DNA of 63,412 nucleotides, filler included, from Octopus bimaculoides (Eukaryota): the NCBI RefSeq assembly GCF_001194135.2. It is 3 parts of 3 records of this genome, joined end to end, with 100 filler letters (N's around TTAATTAATTAA, not from the genome) between each part and the next. Parts side by side here need not be neighbours in the genome. Positions count along the whole stretch, not along the records: positions 33,826 to 63,412 come from NC_068989.1; 2 more parts are not named here. One strand, given 5' to 3'. The translations under genes were made by a program, and so were the position numbers. Below the pieces are notes generated by a model, which did not search any database, was not told the DNA's origin, and saw only the letters and a program-made list of their open reading frames with translations. Of this stretch, positions 49,916 through 63,412 are shown piece after piece (position 1 is the stretch's first letter; each line of letters begins with the position of its first letter).

Positions 49916-51096
49916 TGATGGTGATGATGATGATGATAATTTTAATAATTTTAATAATAATAGGGCATGGCTATTTGGATATTACAACATTTGACAGCGA
50001 GGCTGCTTTTCATTTCATTGTTAGACATATTTTGCAGTGATAAAATGCCGAACACAAAACACATGCTAGACATGCTGAATCTCTGTGACTGGAGTTATTT
50101 CCATAAATCGATTGACGGATCACGAATAATATTTTGCCTAATGGCTACTTCAATATGTTTATTGTTTTTATTGTTTTTATTATTTTACTCAACTGATTCT
50201 TCGTATTAGTGCAGCCTCGTAGTTTTCTAAGTCATGTACGTTTCCTTTATACCTTCTTCCGTTGAGCCACTAAAGACGGGGCATGCACAGAATAACATTG
50301 CTTTTCAAACTGTATCAAAGCAAATACAAAGATAAATGCTTACAAATACATGTGCAGAAAGCAGAATTACCATGTAGCAAGTCTCATTCAGGAGATACTG
50401 AAGGCAACAGTAAAAGACAGCTGGGACCGAAACTGAAGCAACGTGCTCATGAAGCGAGCGTTTTAAACAACATAACCATGTGTACGCCGGTTTTTATTTT
50501 TAAAAACAATCTCACCACATATGCTCATAGTAACAGAAAATAAGATAAAGCACAATTCAGATCCTAAGATAGTATAGCGCCTTAAAGGCACCACCTATTC
50601 TAGCAAGTACAAAATCTTTCTTAAATTCCTCACGTAAGAACTCGAAGATTGTCTTCGCAATAAATTTCTTTCGTCCTTTTATTTGTTTTGCCTATTTTTT
50701 CTAAACTTTTGCACGCAGTGTTGTCACTGAGAACGTTATATCATAGATCTACGTGCTACATTAAGTATTTGTGTAGGCAATTTTAAGACAGTTCGTGTGT
50801 ATATAACGACAACACCAAGTTTAAATTGACATTTCAAACTTTTTTAATTGATTTATTTTATTTCTGCTGATCAAAATTCGTTTAGTTTTTCTTTTTCTTT
50901 GTTATTAATCTAATTATCTCGTAGCCATGTCCAAATATGATTCGTCTAAATTAACTTTTATCTTCCATTGAATGCGTAGCGTTCTCTATAGCAGCAGCTT
51001 TCACAATAGCGAGTGAAAAGGATGTGAAAATAACAAGAAATGTTTTATCAATATCTCTCGCTTTGTGATACAGCTTTGCATCATTGCATGCATACG

Positions 51097-51141
<45 letters not shown>

Positions 51142-51356
51142 TGTGTGTTTGTGTGTGTATGTGCGTGTATGTGTATGTATATGTGTATAACTCTATATAT
51201 GCATATATATATATATAGACTATAAACATGTGTACGTAAATGTATATCTATAGTATATTGTTGATATATTGTACGTATATGTATATTTATAGTATATGTG
51301 TATTGTATATATATTGTAAACCTAATCATATACACATATATACAATGTATGTATGC

Positions 51357-51401
<45 letters not shown>

Positions 51402-51429
51402 TACATATACGTACGTAATACATACAGGC

Positions 51430-51487
<58 letters not shown>

Positions 51488-53034
51488 GGTGAACAGATGA
51501 GATCCTGGAAGTCTCATTATAGAAGACAGTTAGCAGTTCCGAAATGGTTAAAACTTAAACACCCGTGTGTTTACAGGGGATCAATTCCAATGGGTGAAGA
51601 TTGGCTGTGAGACGGATGAAGTTGATCAGATATAGAGGCAATTTTGTGGATAAACAAATTAGAAATATGAAATATAACAGTTTGGGCATGAAATACAAAA
51701 TATGTTTAAATGCATACACACAAAACGAGTGAATGCAAAAGGTGGAGACGACGAATATCTAAGTATAATATATACATATTTATATTAACAGATCAAACTT
51801 ACACAGAGTATGAGTGACAGAGACACTTAATGGGAAGGTTGTAAGATGGTATTAGTCCAACAGCTGTTTCTGGGGGCTTGCTGGTCCATCATAATATTGG
51901 CAGATGTAGGTCATCACAATATACAGCGTAACTGGAGCAATCAGCATAGGATAAATCGAGCTACCCTCTCTTCAAGGTAGAGAAGATTATACACTAAAGA
52001 TCATAATGCGGAGAGGTTCAATTTTTTTCTGTCGCCTGTATAAGTTGAATCTATTCATATAAATATCTTTAAATTTATATTCAAATATTCATCGTCGGAA
52101 AGTCTCCATCTTTTGCTTTCTCTCGTTTTGCCTGTATATAAATATACATGTTTTGCATTTCATATCCAAACTGGTATATTCAATATATTCAATTTGTTTA
52201 TCCGCGTAATTCCCTTCGTATATATATANNNNNNNNNNNNNNNNNNNNNNNNNNNNNNNNNNNNNNNNNNNNNNNNNNNNNNNNNNNNNNNNNNNNNNNN
52301 NNNNNNNNNNNNNNNNNNNNNNNNNNNNNNNNNNNNNNNNNNNNNNNNNTGTGTGTGTGTGTGTGTGTGTATGTAGTATGTATGTATGTATGTATACATG
52401 AAAACTAAGAAAATGGAGATATAGCATTTGATAAAGATTTATTATCAGCAAAAATCAAACATAGTCCCTTACAGCTGTTTCAATTAAGCCCAATAATGAT
52501 TAAATAAATATTATCAAAATGATTTGGGGGGGGGGGGAAATCTCTTCAGAGGGGTATGAAAAAATATATACCCTTGGTTGTTTATGTGTTGTACTTTAGA
52601 ATCGTCACAGCTGACTGAAAAATATTAGTTATGGCTAATAATGGTATATGCCTAAGTTAAGGGATTACAGGTTGTTTTAGTGGGTAAGAAATAATATGTA
52701 AGTATAATTAGGGTAATAATGGGTAAATAAATACATATTAAATAGTAAATTGCGATGAAGAAGAGAATTATATGAATGAAGAGTAAATGAAATACTTCAG
52801 TGGGTTGTTTATAAAATAGAGAAAAACCTACATGAAATTAATACACAAATATATATATTAACACCGGTCTAACATTTGTCTTTTGATTCATCGTATACAT
52901 ACATATATACAAAATTACCTTCAATACAAAATTTAACAATTCTTGCGGTTCCACTTCTCCTATGACTTTCAGAAACATCACCGGCTTACGACTTAATTGT
53001 AAAGTGAGTTGATTGTAATACACGATCTCGTTTA

Positions 53035-53165
<131 letters not shown>

Positions 53166-53912
53166 TGAAGATATAGAGTTATGAAAAAGGTATCAACCAT
53201 CCTCAGAAGGGTGAGAATAATATATTTCCGAATGTGAGATGATAATTACAAACATGAAAGATCAAAACAGCAGTAATGGTCATTGAATGAAATCAGCTGT
53301 GAACCAGCTCACCGTCTGCTACATATGCTTTGTTAGGCTGAGAAGCCGTTGAGAATTGCGTTGGAGGATTAAACACCACCCAGTACACGAAATAACATAT
53401 ATTGCTATTTATTCAGCACTTCTATAGACTCTTTACATTCCTACCGTTTTTGTACTGAATCCACTATCGTCAGATTCTAACTAGAAATGTATAGAGTTGG
53501 AAGTTATTTACTCCTAAGAAATTGTATAATAGATGTGCTCACTCGGTGAATCTGTTCTTTAACTGATGTTCAGTGTTTTTATTGTAGTTGTTCCACTCCA
53601 TTAATGTTGGTAACAATCTTGGAAAAACAACGAATGTCAACGTTTCTTCTTCCTCTGTTTGGATTGAAAGAGATTAGTACATATTTCGATCTCGAGAATG
53701 CTCAATCGCATCGCTCTACAAACCGGAGTTACACCACAGATCTGCCGTTATATTGTTAGATTCGTTAATACGTAAAGACTCAGAAAAAAGGTCCAGTTGT
53801 GATTACTTTAATGGTGAGAGAGTTTAAAATAAAAGAAATATATAGTCAGATGAAACATTTGCCAGACACAGAAGTATGAGAATAGCGTCAAGTTTATTCG
53901 GCTCACGATCAT

Positions 53913-54115
53913 TTTCTCCTCTAGGCACAAGGCCTGAAATTTGGGGGCAGTTGGTTAGATCGACCCCGGTATGCAACTGGCACTTAATTTATCGACCCCG
54001 AAAGGATGAAAGGCAAAGTCAACCTCAGTGGAATTTGAACTCAGAACGTAAAGACAGACGAAATACCGCCAAGCATTTCGCCAAGCGTGCTAACCACTCT
54101 GCCAGCTCACCACCT
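53913..54115 (-). mobile_element. SINE family A with 16-bp TSD, inserted in the head of a degenerate family C SINE
   Basis: TSD TTCGGCTCACGATCAT at 53897-53912 and 54116-54131. Confidence 0.9.
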
Positions 54116-55089
54116 TTCGGCTCACGATCATAACGGTGTAGGTGTAATTGTTGGGCGATGCATTGTCTTAGAGCAAGGCACTTGAATTCACCTTACCACT
54201 AGTCTACTCAGCCGTAATGAGCACCAACTGATTACTAAACAACCATTTCCCTCTTTTGCTGTCACGTATTGGATGTTCCGCTAGCTCAAGTGTAAAGGGC
54301 CCGAGAAGTTATCTTTATCTGTTCACTATTACACTAGCCCCTGTAAACCAATTAATGAAGGCATGTACATAGTACCAATCCATATTAGCTTGCAGCCTGC
54401 AAGTGGCGGTTTTAAAGTTCTATGAACGGCAAAACACGAAGGGACATTTATAGAGTTGAGCAGTTGACCAATGCTCACGTTTACTGAACGATCACGAACC
54501 TGTTGACGTATGCAGACGCCAAGTTATCTGTGATCTTTAGATAATGCATGGCCCCAAACGCTGACATGACTCGAATTAAAAAGCACTGCCACTTTGATAA
54601 AAAAAAACCTGCTAGAATTGTACATTTACATACCCGCATGATTTACTTATGCACACACACATACATACATACATACATACATACATGCATACATACTTCT
54701 ATGTATAAGTGTATGTGTGTATGAGTGTATGTGGTGTGAGATTTCTTTTATATACATGTGCGTGTGTGTTCGTGTGTGTGTGCTCGCGCCCGCTTGCACA
54801 TACATGTATAATGTGTATTCACTAGCTAATAACGGTATAACTGTATGCATGATGTGTTTTGAATTCATTACATCTGGATACTTATACGACGAGAATTGTG
54901 TTTTGATAACAAGGCAATAAAAATCCTTGTAATGTTCAAAATATTGAGAGGAATAAAAAGATGATGCAAAAACGAAAACAAACAAGATGAGACATGAACG
55001 AAAATGAAAGAACAAGACATAAACATAGACAGCCAGATACAGGCATAAATCTATATATATACATATATACATATATACCTATATACGTA

Positions 55090-55130
<41 letters not shown>

Positions 55131-55274
55131 GTATATATATATTTATATGTATATGAATTTGTGTGTATGTATATGTGCAGTTTTGTATGTATATAATGTA
55201 TGTTTATATGTGTATATATATGTACGTATATATATATATATATGTGTGTGTGTATATATATGTATATATATATG

Positions 55275-55305
<31 letters not shown>

Positions 55306-56430
55306 GTGTGTATATATATTTATGTATGTATGTATATAATATAAAGTAGTGTATCGACATATATATAAGTATATGATGAATTTATATAAGTATGTTTGTG
55401 TTTGTATATATTTGTACTTATGTCGAGAGACTTGAGAGACAATGAGGACCAGTCGATAATTTGATTGCGTCCATATACTTGGATAAACATTTTCATGTTA
55501 TTACAGCTGTAATGATAGGAAAATTAGCTGTTATTTTCGAAGCGGAAGTGGCATGATGTATCAATCATTGTAAACAGTAGCAAAACAGCTAAACACCTCT
55601 TTAAAAAAATGATTTACATGAAACTATCAAAAGTAAATATTCCCCAGCTAGAAATTGAATCATAAATTAATTAAATTAAAGAATGGCAGTAATTAATTAG
55701 TAATATGAATTTGCGATAATAACATTTGTTAAAACATATCATGGTGATAAACAAATTAGCTAATGTGACGAATTGCGTGCTTATGAATAAATACCATTGC
55801 TAATCGGATCGTTATAATTAAGATGAACAAAACATATTGGAAAAACGTTTGCCACTCCTGGTATCTCTAAAAGAAACAGAAATACATTTCTTTGCTCAAC
55901 TTTATCACCTTTATCTTAGATATGACACTTTTACAAATCAATGATTTAAACTAGGAAAACTTGTCTATTGTTTACTTTTCTTACGTACATCTCACAAATG
56001 TAGGAATTATAGAATGGTGTTATAATGTTATACACTCCTCCAGGCAAGATTTCCAAACAGGTTCATTTCTACATAATCATATATATTAATTAAGGTAATT
56101 ATCCTACTTGGCAGCAATACGTGGGAGTGGCTGCGTTAGAACGTCTGTTGCCGACACAACTGAATGGGAAGAAATATTTTTACAAAATCCGGAATCCAGA
56201 ATTGACTCTTCCTTTTCGTGTAACTCCTAGTTCTCCCTGAGTAACTCCTACGCATTTAATCATTGTATCATGGCCATGCTTGAGCACTATTTTTCAAGGT
56301 TTTTGTTTCTTGATATCGATCGCAGTGTTTATTACGGTCTGGAAAATATTTCATTGATACCGTTTTATTGAATCGCAAACACAAAGTTTATGCAGGTAAA
56401 CGTAACTAGAACAGATACACAATCGACCTT

Positions 56431-56483
<53 letters not shown>

Positions 56484-56673
56484 CGCGTGTGTGTGTATGT
56501 GTGTGCGTGTGTATATGTGTGCAGATTTCTGCATGTACACACATAAACGTGCATATAAATACACTCCCTTATATATATAATATATATATACATACATACA
56601 TACATAACTATATATATATATATAGATAGATAGATACATGCACATACATACATACATACATACATACATACAT

Positions 56674-56718
<45 letters not shown>

Positions 56719-56724
56719 CATTTT

Positions 56725-56938
56725 TTCTCTTTTTGTTGTTTCAGTTATTTGACCGCGGCCATGCTGAAGCACCGCCTTTAGTCGAACAAAACACCCCCAG
56801 GACTTATTCTTTGTAAGCCTAGTACTTTACGGAGATGTATGGACACCAACATCCGTTGTCAAGCGATGGTGGGGGTGACAAACACAGACACACAAATACA
56901 TACATATATATGCGACGGGCTTCTTTCACTTTCCGTCA
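56725..56938 (-). mobile_element. SINE family B, 3' part
   Basis: Reverse complement of 44575-44775 (GACCGCGGCCATGCTG.AGCACCGCCTTTAGTCG). Confidence 0.8.
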
Positions 56939-57390
56939 NNNNNNNNNNNNNNNNNNNNNNNNNNNNNNNNNNNNNNNNNNNNNNNNNNNNNNNNNNNNNN
57001 NNNNNNNNNNNNNNNNNNNNNNNNNNNNNNNNNNNNNNNNNNNNNNNNNNNNNNNNNNNNNNNNNNNNNNNNNNNNNNNNNNNNNNNNNNNNNNNNNNNN
57101 NNNNNNNNNNNNNNNNNNNNNNNNNNNNNNNNNNNNNNNNNNNNNNNNNNNNNNNNNNNNNNNNNNNNNNNNNNNNNNNNNNNNNNNNNNNNNNNNNNNN
57201 NNNNNNNNNNNNNNNNNNNNNNNNNNNNNNNNNNNNNNNNNNNNNNNNNNNNNNNNNNNNNNNNNNNNNNNNNNNNNNNNNNNNNNNNNNNNNNNATATA
57301 TATATATATATATATATATATACACGAGCATATTTCTGCATATCCAATGGTCAACTCGAGTGAGGCTATGAGTCTACGGTAGGAGGCACT

Positions 57391-57425
<35 letters not shown>

Positions 57426-58939
57426 CACTGTGAGATAGAACCTTAAACGACGTAGTTGCAAAGCAAAATTTCTTACCGTCATAACTATACCAACGCCCGT
57501 TTATTTGATATTATTATTTTTTTGTCTTTAACCCACTCTTTGAAAAGTATTAGCTTTCTATTATCTACTTTTATTTTGCTGCCACAATATATACATTGTG
57601 CGTTCCGTTCTTAATGATTTTGATCAAATTGGTCGATAAAGTGTTATATATTCATGAATTTTATCACCTGTTGATCTTCCTAAATTACATCTCCGTTTCT
57701 CAAATAATAATTTTTCAGAATATTAACCTCGTATTTAGAAATTAAATTTATTTTTTCCACATTTCCATTTACACTGCGTTTCAATATATGTTATTGTTAT
57801 CACGTATTTCATTCCGGAATGTGTAATTCCAGAATTTATTTGAGCGAGAAAAAAACTTGAGTTTCATAAGTAACAATAAAAGCGTTTTCATATCGAAGCT
57901 ACGAATGCATGTAAATGTTTTCAGTTCAAAAGGTAATTAAAAAATTTAATTTTTAGTTTATTTTAATTCATTTATTTTTAAATATTTTAAATCTAGATGT
58001 AATAAAATTATATAGCTGGCACAATAGGGTTGCGTGGTAGCAAAATCGTTATAGCGTCGTTCAAACTGCTTTGTAGCATCTGTCCGAGCACTCTACCGTC
58101 TAAGTTCAAAGTCCCTTCATTTTAACTTTGTCTTTCATCCCTCCAAATAGGATAAAATAAATTAAAAATCAAATATTGGGGTCGGTGGTGTCGACTAACT
58201 CCTTTGCTTTCACGATTGATGGTCTTATATCTAAAGACTTGAACAGCATTCAAGCTAAAGTGTCTGTGCCTCTCTATTTCGATTATGAGGAGACGTTGTG
58301 TTATCTCAACATGAGCGTCCTGACACAGGCGTGGGCCTACCTCTTGATATCATTTTTTAACAGAAGAGCACAGCTAAAGGAAGCTCTTAAGATATGCCTC
58401 TTAAACATTTTAACTGACCAATAATTTCATACAGAGAAAATTGCTTATCCACAAGGATGAAAAAAAATCTTAACCACACAAGTTTTCAAGGAAAGGGGTG
58501 TCTGAACCACAACATATTTTGGTGGCGTTTTCTCTCGGTGGAGTTGCGGTCTGGCATCTAATTGATTCTATCCTTTACACTGCTAGGAGCAGCCAGAGGT
58601 GGATTGCAGTACGCGCCAGCATCAGAAATCTCTATACTTGAAGATAGTCTGGAGAGTCTTCTGCTACTTGCCTTTACCGGGTTCCTAAACACCACAGCAC
58701 AAACGAAACACATAGACACATGTGCCCACTAATATGGGATGAAATTCAACCAGCATCCGGCCATCCTAAATAAAAATTCCTCACGTATAACACGAATACC
58801 AATCTCTGACCCAAGCAAACATTTTCAGAATAAACTTGCATCCGAGAGACCTTCCGTTGCGTTAGGAGGACGGAACAGATATAGCTCATATTCAATTTTG
58901 TTACTTCTTTTTCCACAGCACTACAAACAGGATTAAGGC

Positions 58940-59224
58940 CCGTGAGTAATATTCTGCTCAATACCACAGGTTTGCTTCTCAGTTGCTTGATCTTAACCAG
59001 TTGAGCACGTTCCTTAGTGGCTGACGACATGTGCATCACTGACCGGAAGCAGAAGTAGTGAGGGAGCATCATAGCCATGCGTTGAGAGGAATCCTTCCAG
59101 TCTTGAATTATTCACACCTGGAAATATGGGTGTTTCGTTCATCGCTGGCAGTGAACAGCTGACACCATAGAACATCTCCAGCGTTAGAAGCAGTGCAAAG
59201 GCAATGAAATAATAATTCTAATAC

Positions 59225-59269
<45 letters not shown>

Positions 59270-59545
59270 TAATAATAATAATAATAACATACAGAAAATT
59301 GCACTACTGAGCACTGCACATATCCTACGCAAAACACTTTCAATACAGTAACCATAAGAGCATCACAGCAAACCACACCATATACCCAAGGCATGTGTTG
59401 AGAGGAATTCTTTGGGGTCTGAATAATTCACCTTTGGAAACATGGATGTTTTGCTGAACATCCTTAAACAAACCTTATTCAGGGACCTTTTGAGCAGGAT
59501 GGGCTACTCGACCTGAAGAAAATTCTAACTGGGCCCCACCTACAA
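58940..59545 (+). mobile_element. Two copies of an interspersed repeat around an R4-type LINE C-terminus (59288-59345)
   Basis: CATG(C/T)GTTGAGAGGAAT...ATTCAC...TGGAAA.ATGG at ~59075 and ~59393; NIQKIALLSTAHILRKTLSIQ*. Confidence 0.6.
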
Positions 59546-61801
59546 GGTCATGTACGGGACCCCATATCTTCTTCGCAGGGTTATTCATTTAGAGCTAAGC
59601 GAACTGGAACAACGTGAAATAAAGTGATTTGCTCAAGAAGACGACACCTCGACCGATACGAGAATAGAAAACCCGATCTTGCGATCGTGATTGTATCACT
59701 CAACCCACTAAGTTAAACACATCGATAAACATTATTTAAAGATAGAATGGTCACAGCTTGAACGCCTTCAATAGCAAGCCCACCTAAAATGGAAGGCCTT
59801 AGGGCCAAACAATTATAGCTTTTGCCAAGAAGAAGAGGTAAGAGAATCCCAAACTTCAAAGTGTTCAGTTTGGTTGAAGATAATGTGACATCCATATTTG
59901 AGTGCTTACAGTAATAGCAGCGCAGGAAGTCAAATGTCCGTTTACTTATTTTAGAAAATAACACACCGTTCCTTAAATCATATCAACAATGGAACAAATA
60001 TATATTTAAATTTCAAAATGTAATTCATTTTTTTTTGTATAAAAACATCAATACAAGCAACTTTTAATGATCGTTTAATTTAAAACATCTCGCAAAAAAG
60101 GAATAATTTATTTCCTTGACTTGGCTGTTTTGTCGAAAGACATAAGGTCTTTGAAAAGTATTTAAAATATTTTGAGCACGAAAATTACTGCTGAAATTTG
60201 CAGTAACAAAATTATGCAAACATTATAAAATATTTAAATTCATTTTAATTAAAATTCGTGTCACCTGATAAATCAACAATTTGTCCTCACAGGGAAATGA
60301 GAAAGCTGTAGCTCTAAGAACTGGAATGATCCATAACCTTTTCCGTTGTAAAGATGCAAATTTTAAATGGCTCAATAATTTCCTTGATTTGTCTTAAGTG
60401 ATAGCATTGAAGAAGTTATCATAAATTTCTTCGAATTCAAAGAAACATCAGAAATAACAGACAGGCAGCGGTGGGGGTGCATTTCAAATTTAATTTAAGT
60501 CAACAACTGATCGATGCCTGAATATCACAAGTAGCTCGTAGTCATTAGATTTGGATGGAAGATTACACACAGCGATTTTGATCGATTGCTAATTCATTGT
60601 AAAGGATTTATTAATGAGAATTTAGGCAGTGGTGGAAATTTACGATAACGTAAAAGGATTTGAGTATTAGTTCGAAAGCATTGAGAGTGCAACATATTTA
60701 ACTGGAAATAAATAGTATTTAAAATTTAGATATATAGGGTACCTCATAATCACAGAACACAGTTTAAACGTTGGTTAACTAGAATCGGATCACATTATGA
60801 AGTGAAAGCGTATGGTCTTCCACACATGTTCATAAGATCATGGTTTCTATCCTCGGACCAGGCAGTGCGTTCAGCTCTTGAGAAAAACACTTCATTTCAC
60901 GTTGCTCGAGTTGTATGAGCCATAAATTAGTAAAATTTTCATGGATTTGCGTGCTGACCCCGGTCACTTATTGGACATGGAAAGCGTGTGAGTGGCCCTG
61001 TGAGTTTTAGGACAAGAGACTACAATACCCAGGGTTGGAGTTGATAATATGAGATGATATGCATGATCACGTGAAATCCTGTCTATAAAATTATTATAAT
61101 TTATATTAAAAGACAACATATATTACTATGAATCAGAACGATATATCATATCGATACCAATGCAGAACGTCATTTATAAAGTCATATTTCTATGACACCC
61201 AACTCGTTACTTCAACGGAAAGAAAACTAATCAGACTAAAAGGTGGTACCCCAACACGGCCTCACCTTCTGTCTCAAACTAGTAAGACAATGAAAGAATA
61301 AAACAAAGAACTATTCTAGTATTCTAAAATATTTGTTATAGTAGATATTAAATATAACTCTTGAAAATTCCTTTACTGAGTGTCCGATGTCAGTATTGGC
61401 AAAAGAATATTTCTTCGAAATGTCTATATTTCTGCAGTCAGTCGTGACATATTCAGTTTTATGAGCTTTATTCCAAAGATGTTTATGTCAGACATGATAC
61501 GATATAACGTCGGTAAAAAACCTGACATATTCACAAAAACTTTACCTTATATAGAATGGAGACCTTATTTTTATAGGAAATATTTCATAATATAGCATCA
61601 TCTTTCACAAAGAAATATTTTTTTTCTTTAAATTAACAATAAAATAATGTTTCGGTGTGTTTTTTGATTCACTGTGTAGAATGGTATGTTTCCAAAGCAT
61701 CTCCCAATATTGAATAGCATCTCTTTGATGTTTCAACTGAATAATGTAAGATGTCACGTAAAGACATCGATGTAAACTTACATTTTCTTATGCACACACA
61801 G

Positions 61802-61833
<32 letters not shown>

Positions 61834-62410
61834 ATATAAATAGCATATACGCATATATGCTATATATATANNNNNNNNNNNNNNNNNNNNNNNNNNNNNN
61901 NNNNNNNNNNNNNNNNNNNNNNNNNNNNNNNNNNNNNNNNNNNNNNNNNNNNNNNNNNNNNNNNNNNNNNNNNNNNNNNNNNNNNNNNNNNNNNNNNNNN
62001 NNNNNNNNNNNNNNNNNNNNNNNNNNNNNNNNNNNNNNNNNNNNNNNNNNNNNNNNNNNNNNNNNNNNNNNNNNNNNNNNNNNNNNNNNNNNNNNNNNNN
62101 NNNNNNNNNNNNNNNNNNNNNNNNNNNNNNNNNNNNNNNNNNNNNNNNNNNNNNNNNNNNNNNNNNNNNNNNNNNNNNNNNNNNNNNNNNNNNNNNNNNN
62201 NNNNNNNNNNNNNNNNNNNNNNNNNNNNNNNNNNNNNNNNNNNNNNNNNNNNNNNNNNNNNNNNNNNNNNNNNNNNNNNNNNNNNNNNNNNNNNNNNNNN
62301 NNNNNNNNNNNNNNNNNNNNNNNNNNNNNNNNNNNNNNNNNNNNNNNNNNNNNNNNNNNNNNNNNNNNNNNNNNNNNNNNNNNNNNNNNNNNNNNNNNNN
62401 NNNNNNNNNN

Positions 62411-62441
<31 letters not shown>

Positions 62442-62597
62442 ATATTGTTTGTTTTGTTATACATGGGTATGTATAAAATATTATATTAAACAATAGAATC
62501 GATATATTTTGTTTTGCTGTCTCCTGACAATCTCTTTTGAACGTCTTTTTCCTTACCATTCCGAAACTCTTTCCTTTGTTGTCAATGACAGCACCGC

Positions 62598-62598
<1 letters not shown>

Positions 62599-62668
<70 letters not shown>
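62599..62668. repeat. (TAG)n microsatellite
   Basis: Direct reading. Confidence 0.95.
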
Positions 62669-63412
62669 TATGGCGGTGGTGGAGTGGAAGTGTTTATAGT
62701 ATAAAATTCGAGGATGAAAACTGCAAAGGTTACAAGTAGTTAGTAGAGAATATATTGACGACCTTAACTTAACGCATGCGCGACGAAGTCAGGGGAGGCA
62801 ATTTTGTGTCGGTCTTAAAATTTTTAAATCTCTAAATATTCTATCGATCGGATTTATTTATTTATTGCATTCAACATTTAAATAAGGATGGTTGGTTGCT
62901 GCAATGGTTAGGGCGCAGGAAAAAATTGCTTTAATGTATTTTCCTTCAGCTGTTTATTTTTTGTGCTTAAATCCCGCAGGAGTCATCTTTTGTTTTCCTA
63001 TTTTATATAATGTTAATAAAATACAGTGAAATACGTGCATTGGTTGCTCAAGTTTACCGATAACCTAAATGTTATATCTTGTTGCATAGGTTAAATGTAA
63101 TAATTTTATCCATTATTATATTATTCTTGCAGTTTTCTTCGCTGATTCAGTCAGATTTTTTTCAACGTCTTCCTCTCATCTAAACCCCATTCACATACCC
63201 ATCTAGCACAACTGCATGCAACCTTACCTAACCCCCTACACCCCCACACCGCTTACAATCTTACTCAGATACCCTCTTACATATACACACAACACCACGC
63301 CTCTACTTCAATCCCTAGCTGCTACTGCACCTCCTCCTCTTCCTCCTAGAACCGCGTTCCTGATCGGGCCCACTCTTTTTTCTTATTTCTTTCATTCTTT
63401 CCACCCTTACTT

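Noticed and set aside
58919-58941. 23-nt micro-exon candidate (TTCCACAG| ... CCC|GTGAGT) for CARNS1
   Set aside because: Abuts or overlaps an interspersed repeat and the peptide ALQTGLRP has no recognisable homology
59713-60480. Protein-like fragments on both strands (e.g. FEEIYDNFFNAI)
   Set aside because: Interrupted by stops, no family recognised; possibly an old transposon but unsupported

Overview
AT-rich, microsatellite-dense animal genomic DNA from a gapped draft scaffold (10 N-runs). The SINE/LINE repertoire points to an octopus (cephalopod); this is recalled pattern recognition, not a database result. Two protein-coding genes are supported, arranged head-to-head. (1) Plus strand: the 5' part of a carnosine synthase 1 (CARNS1/ATPGD1)-like gene, four coding exons at 28185-31881 giving about 340 aa. 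No further exon was recognisable in the remaining 31 kb. (2) Minus strand: a two-coding-exon gene (15599-15437 + 12493-12444) that the ORF track does not show as a unit. It encodes a 70-aa signal-peptide-like, cysteine-rich peptide with a regular CxxC-x5-C-x5-CxxCxxC-x5-CxxC core that I cannot assign to a family; this is the most interesting object in the window. Between the genes is a nest of elements: an old ~0.93-kb tandem duplication, a Gypsy solo LTR with 4-bp TSD, a Gypsy integrase scrap, a Tx1/L1 LINE 3' end, a circularly permuted Helentron-like (HINE) element and a tRNA-Met relic with a 10-nt insertion at the canonical intron site. The rest is tRNA-derived SINEs, R4/Dong-type LINE fragments, mariner relics, two large hairpins and simple repeats. 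Almost all ORFs in the supplied track are microsatellite or gap artefacts.
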